Below the pieces are notes generated by a model that worked only from the letters and a program-made list of their open reading frames with translations, searched no databases and was not told the DNA's origin. A DNA stretch of 64,000 bases from Candidatus Latescibacterota bacterium (GTDB lineage Bacteria; Krumholzibacteriota; Krumholzibacteriia; WVZY01), in assembly GCA_963791045.1 (NCBI GenBank), contig CAWBQK010000001.1:166250-230249 (forward strand), given 5' to 3'. Positions 38,506 through 47,965 of this stretch are shown here, in pieces; position 1 is the first letter of the stretch, and each line of letters opens with the position of its first letter. The position numbers and the translations under genes were made by a program.

Positions 38506-40083
38506 GTGGCAACGAAGAAAAAAATATCCGGTCTTAAACGCTGGCGGATCATCTCACAAGCCGTCTTCTTCTTCCTCTTTCTCTTTCTTCTGGCGAAGAC
38601 GGAATACCACGGCCGCGATATCATCGCCTATCCCGTCAAGGTCTTCCTCGAACTCGACCCGTTGATATTGCTCACGACTCTTCTTTCCGCCCACAAGGTT
38701 GCGGCAGGCTTGTGGCTGAGCCTGATTTTTGTCGCGATCACGATATTGCTCGGCCGTGTTTTTTGCGGTTGGTTCTGCCCGTTCGGCGCGCTCCATGATT
38801 TCGTCGGCTCTTTCAGCAGGCGCAAAAAGAAACCCGTTGAAACCAGGCTCGACACCTATGGTGTCAAAGCGAAGTATTACATACTTTTTGTCATCTTGTT
38901 CGCCGCAGCGTTCCAGATCCATTTTGTCGGCCTCCTCGATCCCATAGCGCTCATTATAAGGTCGTTTTCCCTCGCGATAAGCCCCGCATTCAATTATATC
39001 GTCCACGGCATTTTTGACTTCCTGTACAGATCGGATATCGGCGCCGTCACCGCTGTGAGTGAACCGGTGTATGAGTATCTCCGAAACAACGTGATTTCGT
39101 TCAGCCGACCGACCTTTTTCCAAGGCAGCTTCATCGGCATTCTTTTTATTGGCCTGCTCGCGCTCAACTTTGTACGCAAAAGATTCTGGTGCAGATATCT
39201 TTGCCCGCTCGGCGCCTTGTTGGGATTGTTCTCGAGATTCTCGCTGCTCAACCACAAGATCGCCGAGGGAGCATGCAACGACTGTAAGCTGTGCCTCGCC
39301 ACGTGCAGCGGCGGCGCGCGGCCGTACCCGCAGGATGCCTGGCTGGGCTCGGAATGCGTGTTGTGCATGAACTGCCACAGCACCTGTCCGCAGCAGGCGA
39401 TCGCTTACAAATTCGGAAAGCCGGAACCCGCGACCCGCAGCACCGACCTGAAAAGACGCCACGTTCTTCAATCGGGCGCAGCCGGGGTCGGAGCCCTTGC
39501 CCTCTTCAGACTGAATCCCGTCCGCGAAACCGGCGAAGCCAAACTCGTGCGCCCGCCTGGGGCGGTCGAAGAACAGGAATTCTTGAGACGCTGCATCAAG
39601 TGCGGCGAGTGCATGAAAGTCTGTATAACGAACGGCCTGCACCCCACCTTCATGGAGGCCGGGTTCGAAGGTATTTGGTCGCCGCTCCTTGTGCCGCGAA
39701 TCGGTTACTGTGAGTTCAACTGCACGCTATGTGGCCAGGTGTGTCCGACAGACGCCATTGAACAGCTCGATGTCGAGACGAAGAAACATCGAAAAATCGG
39801 ATTGGCATTCCTCGACAACAATCGCTGCATCCCTTACGCGTTCGGAATCAACTGCATCGTTTGCGAGGAACATTGCCCGACAAGCCCCAAAGCGATCAAG
39901 TTCGAGCCGCGTATCATCGAAACCGAAGACGGCGAGAAAGAAATCAAGATGCCCGTCGTTATTCCCGATCTCTGCATCGGGTGCGGTATCTGCGAGTATT
40001 ATTGTCCTGTCGGCGAAAAGGCGGCGATTCGCGTGACCAGCGTCGGCGAGGACAGATCGGAAAAGAACAAGATAATTCTGTAG
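38506..40083 (+). CDS. Membrane-bound polyferredoxin (NapH/MauN-like membrane part fused to MauM/NapG-like ferredoxins)
   Basis: Transmembrane helices; GRVFCGWFCPFG; RFWCRYLCPLG; internal RRHVL; RPPGA; six CxxCxxCxxxC-type clusters. Confidence 0.9.
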   Translation: MATKKKISGLKRWRIISQAVFFFLFLFLLAKTEYHGRDIIAYPVKVFLELDPLILLTTLLSAHKVAAGLWLSLIFVAITILLGRVFCGWFCPFGALHDFVGSFSRRKKKPVETRLDTYGVKAKYYILFVILFAAAFQIHFVGLLDPIALIIRSFSLAISPAFNYIVHGIFDFLYRSDIGAVTAVSEPVYEYLRNNVISFSRPTFFQGSFIGILFIGLLALNFVRKRFWCRYLCPLGALLGLFSRFSLLNHKIAEGACNDCKLCLATCSGGARPYPQDAWLGSECVLCMNCHSTCPQQAIAYKFGKPEPATRSTDLKRRHVLQSGAAGVGALALFRLNPVRETGEAKLVRPPGAVEEQEFLRRCIKCGECMKVCITNGLHPTFMEAGFEGIWSPLLVPRIGYCEFNCTLCGQVCPTDAIEQLDVETKKHRKIGLAFLDNNRCIPYAFGINCIVCEEHCPTSPKAIKFEPRIIETEDGEKEIKMPVVIPDLCIGCGICEYYCPVGEKAAIRVTSVGEDRSEKNKIIL

Positions 40084-40201
40084 TCTCGCGCCTCCCGGAA
40101 CGGACACGTCTCAGAGACAACGAGATCGTTCGTTCCCCACACTCCATTGGTTTCGCGTAGCGGCCGGGATGCGACTCAACTCAAAACCGGATGGAGACGA
40201 C

Positions 40202-40933
40202 ATGAAATCCATTCTCGCAATAATCGTCGTGCTTGCACTCACGACACCCGTGGCGGCGGACACCCTTATCAAGATCGAATCGCATACCGACGACTATTAC
40301 TATGGCGGCCGAATTCACGCCGCGGTGGATGGAAGTTCCGAGATCTGGTTTGGCGGCGGAAAAATGGCTCACGTCACCGAAACCCGGATGTTTGTTTTTG
40401 ACCTTAACGACAACCGCCTTCTGTTTGTGAACCTGGACGACTCAACCTATGCCGAAACACCGCTTCCTCTCGACTGGTCGGCGTGCGCGGACGAACGCAC
40501 ACTGGGGATCCTCGAACGGTACAAGCGGTTTGGAACTGTCGCAAAAGCCGGGAAGGGCGAGAAGATCGATAAATACAAATGCGACGTTTATTCGGTCGAA
40601 TCGTGGATCAACACCGATGACGGACGTTACAACGAACGCGAAGAGACCGTGTGGATGTCGAAAGACCTGCCGCTGGATTGGGATTTCCACAAACGGGTGC
40701 TTCCCAGTCTCTCCAGGCTGCAGAATTATCATGATGATTTTGCGTCCGAGATGGCGGAGATGGGCGGGTTCCCCGTTCGAACCGTCACGCACGTCTACGT
40801 AAAAGGGTTCAGCGTCGATTCGTATGAGAAGGTCGTGGATGTAAGAGAAGACACGGCACCCAAAAACACCTATACACCCCCGGCGGGGTTCACCAAAAAG
40901 GACCGCATATCCATAGAAGACCTTCGCGGTTGA
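40202..40933 (+). CDS. Secreted DUF4412-like protein
   Basis: Signal peptide; KGEKIDKYKCDVY; VWMSKDLP; GFPVRT; YTPPAGF. Confidence 0.65.
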   Translation: MKSILAIIVVLALTTPVAADTLIKIESHTDDYYYGGRIHAAVDGSSEIWFGGGKMAHVTETRMFVFDLNDNRLLFVNLDDSTYAETPLPLDWSACADERTLGILERYKRFGTVAKAGKGEKIDKYKCDVYSVESWINTDDGRYNEREETVWMSKDLPLDWDFHKRVLPSLSRLQNYHDDFASEMAEMGGFPVRTVTHVYVKGFSVDSYEKVVDVREDTAPKNTYTPPAGFTKKDRISIEDLRG

Positions 40934-40967
40934 TAACCATGAACGATAACCGGACAAGGAGATTGTC

Positions 40968-42194
40968 ATGAAGAAGAAGACCAACGATAGCCGGCGTAAC
41001 TTTTTGAAAAAGAGCGTCACCGGGATCGTAGGCGCAGCGATGGTTCCAACCGTACTGAACCGCAACCTCCACGCGGCCGAAGAAGACAAACCAAAAAAAG
41101 ATTTCAAAATTATTAAACGCAAACTCGGAAAAACGGGGCTCGAGCTTCCGATCGTGAGCATGGGGGTTATGAACGCGGACAACCCCGACCTCGTCCGTGC
41201 CGCGATCGACGCAGGGATCGTCCACCTCGACACCGCACACAGATATCAACGGGGACGCAACGAGGAGATGGTTGGAGAAGTTCTCAAAGACTACCCGCGA
41301 GACTCCCTCATCGTCGCGACAAAAGTCCCCGGAGCACCCGTGGACAGGAAAACAGGCCTCTTTACCGAGGAGGCGAAGCCCGGCCCCTTTATCGAGATGT
41401 TCGAAACGAGTCTCAAACGCCTGCAGATGGATTATGTGGACGTTCTATATCTGCACAGCGTGGTCAACAGGGGCGCAACACTGTACGAGCCCTATCTCGA
41501 AACGATGCAAAAACTTAAGGAGCAGGGCAAAATCCGGTTCGCGGCCGTCTCGACACACAAAAATGAACCTGAAGTGATACGCGCGGCCATCGAGAGCGGT
41601 GTCTACGAGATCGTTCTTACCGCCTACAACTTCAGACAGCCGCACGTTCATGAAATGGAAAAAGCCCTCGAGGAAGCCAACAAGGCGGGCCTCGGAATAG
41701 TCGCGATGAAGACACAGGCGGGCGTGTACTGGGACGATGAACGCGAACACCAGATCAATATGAAAGCGGCGTTAAAGTGGGCGCTCAAGAACGAGAATGT
41801 CCACACCGCCATTCCCGGGTTTACCACTTTTGACCAGCTGGAACTCGATATGTCGATCATGGATGATCTCACCCTCAGCCCGGCAGAGGAGCTCGACCTC
41901 AAAGAAGACGACCATATGGGAAAACGCGGGTTGTACTGCTCACAGTGCGGCAAATGTGTTCCGCAATGCCGGGCGCACCTGGATGTTCCCACGATGATGC
42001 GGAGCCATATGTACGCGTATGGGTACAGAAATCTCGCCGTGGCGAAGGAGACATTTGAATCGGCGGGGACGCCCGAGCTGCCGTGTTCGGAGTGCGATGA
42101 CTGCCGGGTCAAGTGCACGATGGGATTTGACATAAAAACCAGACTGAATGCCATTGCGAGGATCCGTCAGGTTCCCGATGACTTTATAGTGTAG
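40968..42194 (+). CDS. Aldo/keto reductase with Tat signal and C-terminal 4Fe-4S dicluster-like domain
   Basis: SRRNFLK; RKLGKTG; LDTAHRY; ATK; SLKRLQMDYVDVLYLH; GIVAMK; CSQCGKCVPQC and CSECDDCRVKC. Confidence 0.9.
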   Translation: MKKKTNDSRRNFLKKSVTGIVGAAMVPTVLNRNLHAAEEDKPKKDFKIIKRKLGKTGLELPIVSMGVMNADNPDLVRAAIDAGIVHLDTAHRYQRGRNEEMVGEVLKDYPRDSLIVATKVPGAPVDRKTGLFTEEAKPGPFIEMFETSLKRLQMDYVDVLYLHSVVNRGATLYEPYLETMQKLKEQGKIRFAAVSTHKNEPEVIRAAIESGVYEIVLTAYNFRQPHVHEMEKALEEANKAGLGIVAMKTQAGVYWDDEREHQINMKAALKWALKNENVHTAIPGFTTFDQLELDMSIMDDLTLSPAEELDLKEDDHMGKRGLYCSQCGKCVPQCRAHLDVPTMMRSHMYAYGYRNLAVAKETFESAGTPELPCSECDDCRVKCTMGFDIKTRLNAIARIRQVPDDFIV

Positions 42195-42242
42195 TGGGGG
42201 CTCGACACGCTCGATCCGCCGAAATCAAAGGAGCCACACGAA

Positions 42243-43157
42243 GTGTTAGACATTAAAAAAGCGAAAGCACTGGTCTGTATAGTACTCTGCGTGTTCCTCT
42301 TCCCCGCCGCGGCGCCGGCGGGGGAAACGGCCGGCATGGCTGGGCTCTTCCCGGATCTCGACGGCTGGACGCGAGACGGAGAACCTGAATCGTATTTTCC
42401 CGAGAGTTTGTTCGAATATATTAACGGCGGCGCGGATGTTTACCTGAGCTATGACTTCGAAGAGGTAGCCACACTTAGCTACGACGGCGAAGAAAAGAGC
42501 AGCCTTACCATCGACATCTATCGTCACAGCGATCTTCGAAACGCGTTCGGTATCTACAGCCAGGAGAAATCGTTAACCGCCGATTTTGTATCGATAGGAA
42601 CTGAAGGGTACCACGACGCAGGGGTGCTCAATTTCTTTCACGGACCCTACTACGTAAAAATCATGGGGTTCTATCTCGGCGACGATGACAAACCGCTGTT
42701 GACAACGATCGCGCGGGAGATCGCCGCGAAGCTCGGGGGCGATCCGAGTTTCCCAGAAGCTCTCGCATGCTTCCCGGAGGAGGGCCGGGTCCCCCATTCC
42801 GAGCGGTATCTGGCCCGCGATGTCCTCGGGTACGGGTTTCTTCATGCGGCGTACACCGCCGACTACGAGAGCGATGGGTCGGACCATCGCCTCTACATCT
42901 TTGAGGCCGGTGACGAGGCCGACGCCAAAAAAATGCTCGGCGCGTACTTCGAGCTTTCCGGAAAGAAACCCACAGAACTAATTATAAACACGAATACTTA
43001 CAGACTTGTTGATCCGCGCAGGTCATCGAGCGGTCCATTGACCCTCCGTCACTCCGGGCGTTATTTTTGGGGGCTTTTTTCCGAAGATGATTCGGCGGCG
43101 GACGCGCTTGTCGCCGAGATCGAGACGAATCTCAAGAATGCCGGACTCACAGACTAG
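42243..43157 (+). CDS. Secreted DUF6599-like protein
   Basis: Signal peptide; LFEYINGGADVYLSYDF; IDIY; AFGIYSQE; GPYYVKI; SERYLARDVLG. Confidence 0.7.
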   Translation: MLDIKKAKALVCIVLCVFLFPAAAPAGETAGMAGLFPDLDGWTRDGEPESYFPESLFEYINGGADVYLSYDFEEVATLSYDGEEKSSLTIDIYRHSDLRNAFGIYSQEKSLTADFVSIGTEGYHDAGVLNFFHGPYYVKIMGFYLGDDDKPLLTTIAREIAAKLGGDPSFPEALACFPEEGRVPHSERYLARDVLGYGFLHAAYTADYESDGSDHRLYIFEAGDEADAKKMLGAYFELSGKKPTELIINTNTYRLVDPRRSSSGPLTLRHSGRYFWGLFSEDDSAADALVAEIETNLKNAGLTD

Positions 43158-43158
43158 C

Positions 43159-43190
43159 AAAAAGCCCGCGGCATCCAAGATACCGCGGGC
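43159..43190 (-). terminator. Intrinsic terminator between convergent genes
   Basis: GCCCGCGGTATC/GATGCCGCGGGC hairpin followed by T5 on the minus strand. Confidence 0.7.
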
Positions 43191-43219
43191 CCTCATTTCG
43201 ACTCCCGACCGGTTATCCC

Positions 43220-44017
43220 CTACTCGGGTTTTTCTTCTTCCACCGGATCAGGACGGTACTCGTCGAAAATCTCGTCGTCAACCTTCGCGTTGAACTTGAT
43301 TTTATCCCACTTGTATTCGGCCGTCTTGGCGCCGCCCTGGTATACGGTGACATGATATGGCATGCGCAGGCCCGACGTTTTCCGATAATCCTCGAGAAGG
43401 ACGTGGGTGGCCCCGCTTTCATCTATCCTGCGAACCGGGTAATTCGTCTTCTTGTCGATATCAAAAAGAACGGTGTCCCCGTCGTCGATGATCCCGACTC
43501 TGTCAAAGCTCGCCGAGGCGAGAAGCGAGTCATCGGGAACGTCGGTCACCATATAAAAGGTGTCGCACGCCGTTAGATAATGGGCGAGACCGTCGACCGT
43601 GTTCATTGTCTTTGTTATCCGGTCCGTATAGCGCTGGTGCTGCCGGACTCCAAGGTTCACCATTACCCAAACTTCACCAGCGTTGTAGTAATAGGTAAAG
43701 AAGAATGGATGATCGTACGCGCTGAAATCCTGATCGATTTTCAACTTGTCCGGTTTCTTCACCCACTGTGTGCAATCGGCGTGAAGTTCGCCCCAACCCT
43801 CCCAATTGGAGATGAGGAGTCCTTTGTCGACCCTCGTCTTCCAACCGGTCGCTTTCTTCTCGCCACCCAGGGCTTTGACGGATTTTGCAACTAAATCCTT
43901 TGCCGGGTTGTCATTCTCACCCGCGTGTCCGGTACCCAGAACGGAGACGGCAAACACGAGGCCCAACAACACCGCAAATGCCAGTCCAAAACGGCCGCGA
44001 ATTCTATCAGCGTTCAT
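43220..44017 (-). CDS. Secreted hypothetical protein, LolA-like fold suspected
   Basis: Signal peptide; SVKALGG; KKPDKLKID; LFDIDKKT; EDYRKTSGLRMPY; FNAKVDDEIF. Confidence 0.65.
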   Translation of the reverse strand: MNADRIRGRFGLAFAVLLGLVFAVSVLGTGHAGENDNPAKDLVAKSVKALGGEKKATGWKTRVDKGLLISNWEGWGELHADCTQWVKKPDKLKIDQDFSAYDHPFFFTYYYNAGEVWVMVNLGVRQHQRYTDRITKTMNTVDGLAHYLTACDTFYMVTDVPDDSLLASASFDRVGIIDDGDTVLFDIDKKTNYPVRRIDESGATHVLLEDYRKTSGLRMPYHVTVYQGGAKTAEYKWDKIKFNAKVDDEIFDEYRPDPVEEEKPE

Positions 44018-44037
44018 TCAAAACCTCCCCGCTACGG

Positions 44038-45270
44038 TCAAACCGTGAGTTCGGTATGAGCCTCGATGAGCTTGTCTTTCACTTTGATATTGTGCGGACA
44101 ATACGCCACACAAGGACCCGAACACGTCGCGCATTGGTTTGCGCTTCGCTCCTGTGGAAGCGCCGCGTAAAGTCCCATCGCGTATTTCTCCCGCCCATAG
44201 TTGTTGAAATACAACTTGTAGCGGAGAATATCGTGAATCGGCACGTGGTTCGGGCACGCGGCGAGACACGCGTCGCAACCGGGGCGGCAGTAATCGCACG
44301 TGAGAAGAGTTCCGTACCCCTCCAGCGCCTTCTTTTCGTTGGATCCGAGTTCGGGATTGCCCGACACCGCGACAAACTCATCGATATCATCAAAGGTTCT
44401 CATGGAAACGGTGATCGTATCGATGTTGGGCTGTGCGAGCATCCACTTGAGAAGCGCCTGGCGGACCGTTCTGCCCTCCTTCATATACGCCGAATAGTCA
44501 ATCTTGCGGGCCGCGGAGAGAGTTTTCATGGCAACGATGGCGGCATTCTTTTGCCTCGCCTTCGCAAGAACGGGTTCGAGCCCCTTGGTCAAATAGTTCA
44601 TCCCCGGCATGATCATCTCGACATCGGTGTTGTCGAGAAGCCAGTTGAAGTCCTCGACCATTTTGGGTCCATGCGAACTTGCCCCCCAGCTGCGGATCTT
44701 CCCCGCCGCCTTTGCTTTTCTGAACGCGTTGTAGATGTTGTCGTTCTGGATCCGGGTAAGATCGCCGAGGTTCGGATCACCCACGGAGTGGATGAGACAA
44801 CAATCCACGTAGTCGGTGTTGAGTCGTTCGAGACTCTCCTCGATCCCCTTGGTGACCGCTTCTTCAGTAACATCGGCGGTGATCAATTCGGGCTCGAGTT
44901 TTGTCGTGACAAAAAGTTTGTCCCGCTTCTCGGGGAAAATCTTTCCGATAACGATTTCCATATCATAGTACTGCCGGGCAGTATCCACATAGTTGATGCC
45001 GCGCTCGATCGCATACTCAAGAAGAGCCGGATCGGTCATCCCGCCGTTGCCGAAGGCGATATCCGATGCTTTCCAGCCCGTCTTCCCAAGCTCTCTGAAT
45101 TCCTTGATTTGAGGTTTATCCGCCGCCGGTTTTTCTTCGGCGGGCGCCTCGGATTGCGGGCCGCCCAGGGCTTCTTTCGCTCCCGCGATTCCGACACCCA
45201 CCCCCACGACAGAAGCAACGCTTCGCCCGAGAAAACTTCGTCTCGAGATCGTTCTATCAGAATCCGCCAT
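44038..45270 (-). CDS. Second aldo/keto reductase with Tat signal and C-terminal 4Fe-4S dicluster-like domain
   Basis: SRRSFLG; RELGKTG; NYVDTARQY; TTK; SLERLNTDYVDCCLIH; CRPGCDACLAACP; CATCSGPCVAYCP. Confidence 0.9.
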   Translation of the reverse strand: MADSDRTISRRSFLGRSVASVVGVGVGIAGAKEALGGPQSEAPAEEKPAADKPQIKEFRELGKTGWKASDIAFGNGGMTDPALLEYAIERGINYVDTARQYYDMEIVIGKIFPEKRDKLFVTTKLEPELITADVTEEAVTKGIEESLERLNTDYVDCCLIHSVGDPNLGDLTRIQNDNIYNAFRKAKAAGKIRSWGASSHGPKMVEDFNWLLDNTDVEMIMPGMNYLTKGLEPVLAKARQKNAAIVAMKTLSAARKIDYSAYMKEGRTVRQALLKWMLAQPNIDTITVSMRTFDDIDEFVAVSGNPELGSNEKKALEGYGTLLTCDYCRPGCDACLAACPNHVPIHDILRYKLYFNNYGREKYAMGLYAALPQERSANQCATCSGPCVAYCPHNIKVKDKLIEAHTELTV

Positions 45271-45475
45271 TGTACACCTCGCTTTGAGTGAACCAGATGA
45301 TCGGGGTACTGTCCCCTCTCGGGACGTTTGGTTTTTGACGATGAATTAGTCTCGCCACAGGATGTGACGAAATCAGGAAGAAGTCCTTATTGCGGGCAGG
45401 AGACCTGATTCTTTCTCCTCTGTGTCGCACCCGCGGCCGGGCGCGTATCGAAAGCAGTGCGGGCAGTTCAAAACG

Positions 45476-45504
45476 ATTCTACGGTGTACGCTGCGCGAGG
45501 TCAA
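45476..45504 (-). promoter_or_regulatory. Putative sigma70 promoter of the second AKR operon (leader of about 200 nt)
   Basis: Minus strand TTGACC-N17-TAGAAT. Confidence 0.55.
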
Positions 45505-45564
45505 GCAAATGAACGGATTCAAAAATCGCTCGCGACGGTTTCCCTTCGGAGCGTTATCCATGGT

Positions 45565-46278
45565 TTAAACCCGATGGTAAACCTTATCCGGCACGATCCG
45601 GGCGAGTCCCGCGATCAGCCGCCATCGTCTGGTTATGTACACGCACTTTTTCTTTTTCTGGACGGCGTCGGCAATCTGACGGGCAGCTTTTTCGGGCGAC
45701 GCAACCCAGAACTGGTTGGCGCGCCCTTCGATCATGGCCGTCCGGACAAAGCCGGGACGAATATCGGTGACTTGAATATCGAGTTTGTCGTACGCCGCGC
45801 GGTGGCGAAGACCGTCCAAGTATGTCGACACGAATGCCTTTGACGCGTTGTATGTTGGCGTGCCCTTGGCGCCGCGAATTCCCGCGATCGATGAAATCCC
45901 CACCAGGCGACCGTTTCCCCTCCGGCAAAAATAGCCCATCGACTCCTCCGCCATCGCGACGAACCCGGTCACATTCGTATCGATCATCTTCTTGATGCCC
46001 TCCCACCCGGCGGATCGGAACAGAACGCCCGAATTGATGACTATCGTCCCGACATCGCCCATTTCTTCAATGAGCCGTTTGAGAGTATCCACAGCCTCCC
46101 CGGTCCGCAGGACATCCATTTGCGCCGCGAAGACCCCGCCGCCAATTTCACTCTTCAAACTCTCGAGCATTTCCTTCCGCCGCCCCGTGACCCCAACGGC
46201 ATGCCCCCTCCGGCTAAACTCGACAGCGAGCGCCCGCCCAATCCCCGAGGTAGCCCCGATCACAATCGTGTTTTTCAT
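45565..46278 (-). CDS. Short-chain dehydrogenase/reductase
   Basis: IGATSGIG; INSG; ISSIAG; YNASK; IRPGFVRT. Confidence 0.92.
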   Translation of the reverse strand: MKNTIVIGATSGIGRALAVEFSRRGHAVGVTGRRKEMLESLKSEIGGGVFAAQMDVLRTGEAVDTLKRLIEEMGDVGTIVINSGVLFRSAGWEGIKKMIDTNVTGFVAMAEESMGYFCRRGNGRLVGISSIAGIRGAKGTPTYNASKAFVSTYLDGLRHRAAYDKLDIQVTDIRPGFVRTAMIEGRANQFWVASPEKAARQIADAVQKKKKCVYITRRWRLIAGLARIVPDKVYHRV

Positions 46279-46564
46279 GTCTTGTTCCCGTCCGTGGCCG
46301 GCCGAAACGACCGGCGATTTGAAGATTATGCCCGGCATGCTCACTCGTTCATATTACCCTGGATTCGATCCGGCGGCAAAAGACGAAAAATGCCGATCCG
46401 GGGCCGGGAGGCCCCCTTGCCGAACCACCCCGAGCGGGCTATATTTAAATTGCCCCACGCGGTTTTTTTGCGGACTGTTTCATCCTCACATCTCACATCT
46501 CACGCCTTACATCGCGACGGTTCGCGCATCTTCACACTCCATCCTTCCCCGAAAGGAGAGGTCG

Positions 46565-47143
46565 ATGAGAGGCTTAATCGTAACCGTGCTGGCAGTTGTG
46601 GCACTTCACTCCCCCGCTTTTGCCGATGCCCCAGGCGGCGCGATCGCCGTATTCGGCGATCCGCAAGGACAGGAATGCTATGTGTATGATCTCGCACCGG
46701 GACTCCTGCAAGTTTATGTCGTCCACCTCAACCATGACGGGATGGTAGGCTCGCAGTTCAAGGTCGAAGTCGCGGGTGATTTCGACGCCACGTATCTCGG
46801 CGAGTATCCGGCAGACCCGAATGACGTAGCCGTCGGTTATGCCTTCGAAGGCATCCAGATGGGCTACGGCGTATGTTTGCCCGGGCCGATTCACCTTCTG
46901 ACGATGTCATTCTACGTCCAGGGCAGATCGCCAAAGTGCTGCGCTTTCGAGGTGGTCGCCGATCCAGAGGGAGCACCCCCGGGGCTCCTCGCCGTCAATT
47001 GCGACTTTGAACTCGTGGAAGCCGAAGGCGGCATCACCTATGTCAACCCGGACGGAACCTGCGCGTGTATGGTGCCTGGTATAACAACTCCGGTGCTTCC
47101 CACGACGTGGGGTAAGGTCAAGTCGTTGTACACGGCGAACTGA
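46565..47143 (+). CDS. Secreted Cys-rich hypothetical protein with C-terminal TWGKVKSLY motif
   Basis: AAAGGAGAGG RBS; signal peptide MRGLIVTVLAVVALHSPAFA; ends PVLPTTWGKVKSLYTAN. Confidence 0.8.
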   Translation: MRGLIVTVLAVVALHSPAFADAPGGAIAVFGDPQGQECYVYDLAPGLLQVYVVHLNHDGMVGSQFKVEVAGDFDATYLGEYPADPNDVAVGYAFEGIQMGYGVCLPGPIHLLTMSFYVQGRSPKCCAFEVVADPEGAPPGLLAVNCDFELVEAEGGITYVNPDGTCACMVPGITTPVLPTTWGKVKSLYTAN

Positions 47144-47246
47144 GTTTGGAGGAATTACGGGCAGGCAGTTGGATAACTGCGCGTATGAGCCGACGGGAAT
47201 CAGTGCGGGCAACAAGTAGTCTTTTGTGAGAAAGAACCGGCGGCAA

Positions 47247-47726
47247 TCAACGCCGGTCGTAATCGGATGGCTCCCAACGGAGTTGTACGCTGAACTTGGG
47301 ATCGTCCGCTTTCATAGCGCCAAAAATCGCACCAAGCGCCGCCGCGGCGCCGATCATGGCCCAGGAGGTATCCTCGTCGAACATCCCGCTCGTCATCCCG
47401 GCGGCGCCGGCGATCATCCCAAGCGTCATACCCACACCAGCGCCTTCCCACGCGCATTCCATGCGCGAGAGCTTGACCATTTTGTAACCAAAGAAGCTCT
47501 GGTTGCTCGTTGAAAGATACGCGGAGAGCGGACGCGCCGTGTTGTTCCGGAACTGGAATGTAAGAGGATCGTCTCCGACTTCCGGGGTGAGAACGAGATT
47601 GCTGTCGAGCCGGACGGCCCCGCCTTTCGAGGTGTCCTGCGTGCCCGTTTTCGTTGAGTCCTGCGCCCACACCGATGAAGCGGCGAGACACCCGACGAGG
47701 AGCGTATTGAGGAGGATCCGGAGCAC
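47247..47726 (-). CDS. Secreted hypothetical protein with glycine-zipper-like segment
   Basis: Signal peptide; GAGVGMTLGMIAGAAG...IGAAAALGAIFG. Confidence 0.65.
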   Translation of the reverse strand: MLRILLNTLLVGCLAASSVWAQDSTKTGTQDTSKGGAVRLDSNLVLTPEVGDDPLTFQFRNNTARPLSAYLSTSNQSFFGYKMVKLSRMECAWEGAGVGMTLGMIAGAAGMTSGMFDEDTSWAMIGAAAALGAIFGAMKADDPKFSVQLRWEPSDYDRR

Positions 47727-47965
47727 GATTCTTTCCTTCCGATGGTCGCTTTATCTACTATAGATACTACCAGACCGACCCTTTTGTTTCAATCTCTCGC
47801 GAAGCCGTTGAGAGGGGCTGCCCATCGGACGGCAGAACTCAACGGAGGGCCCACGGCTCAAAAACTTGGGGACAGAGCCGCTCGCAATGGTGTATCAATA
47901 GAAAGCAGTGTTGAACGGCATCTCGGATTGGCGTCCCGGCCGTCACAGGCCACCCTCTGATCAAC

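Noticed and set aside
45275-45470. Cobalamin riboswitch
   Set aside because: Only a CTGCCCGCA fragment matches; no B12 box or GGGAA elements are evident.
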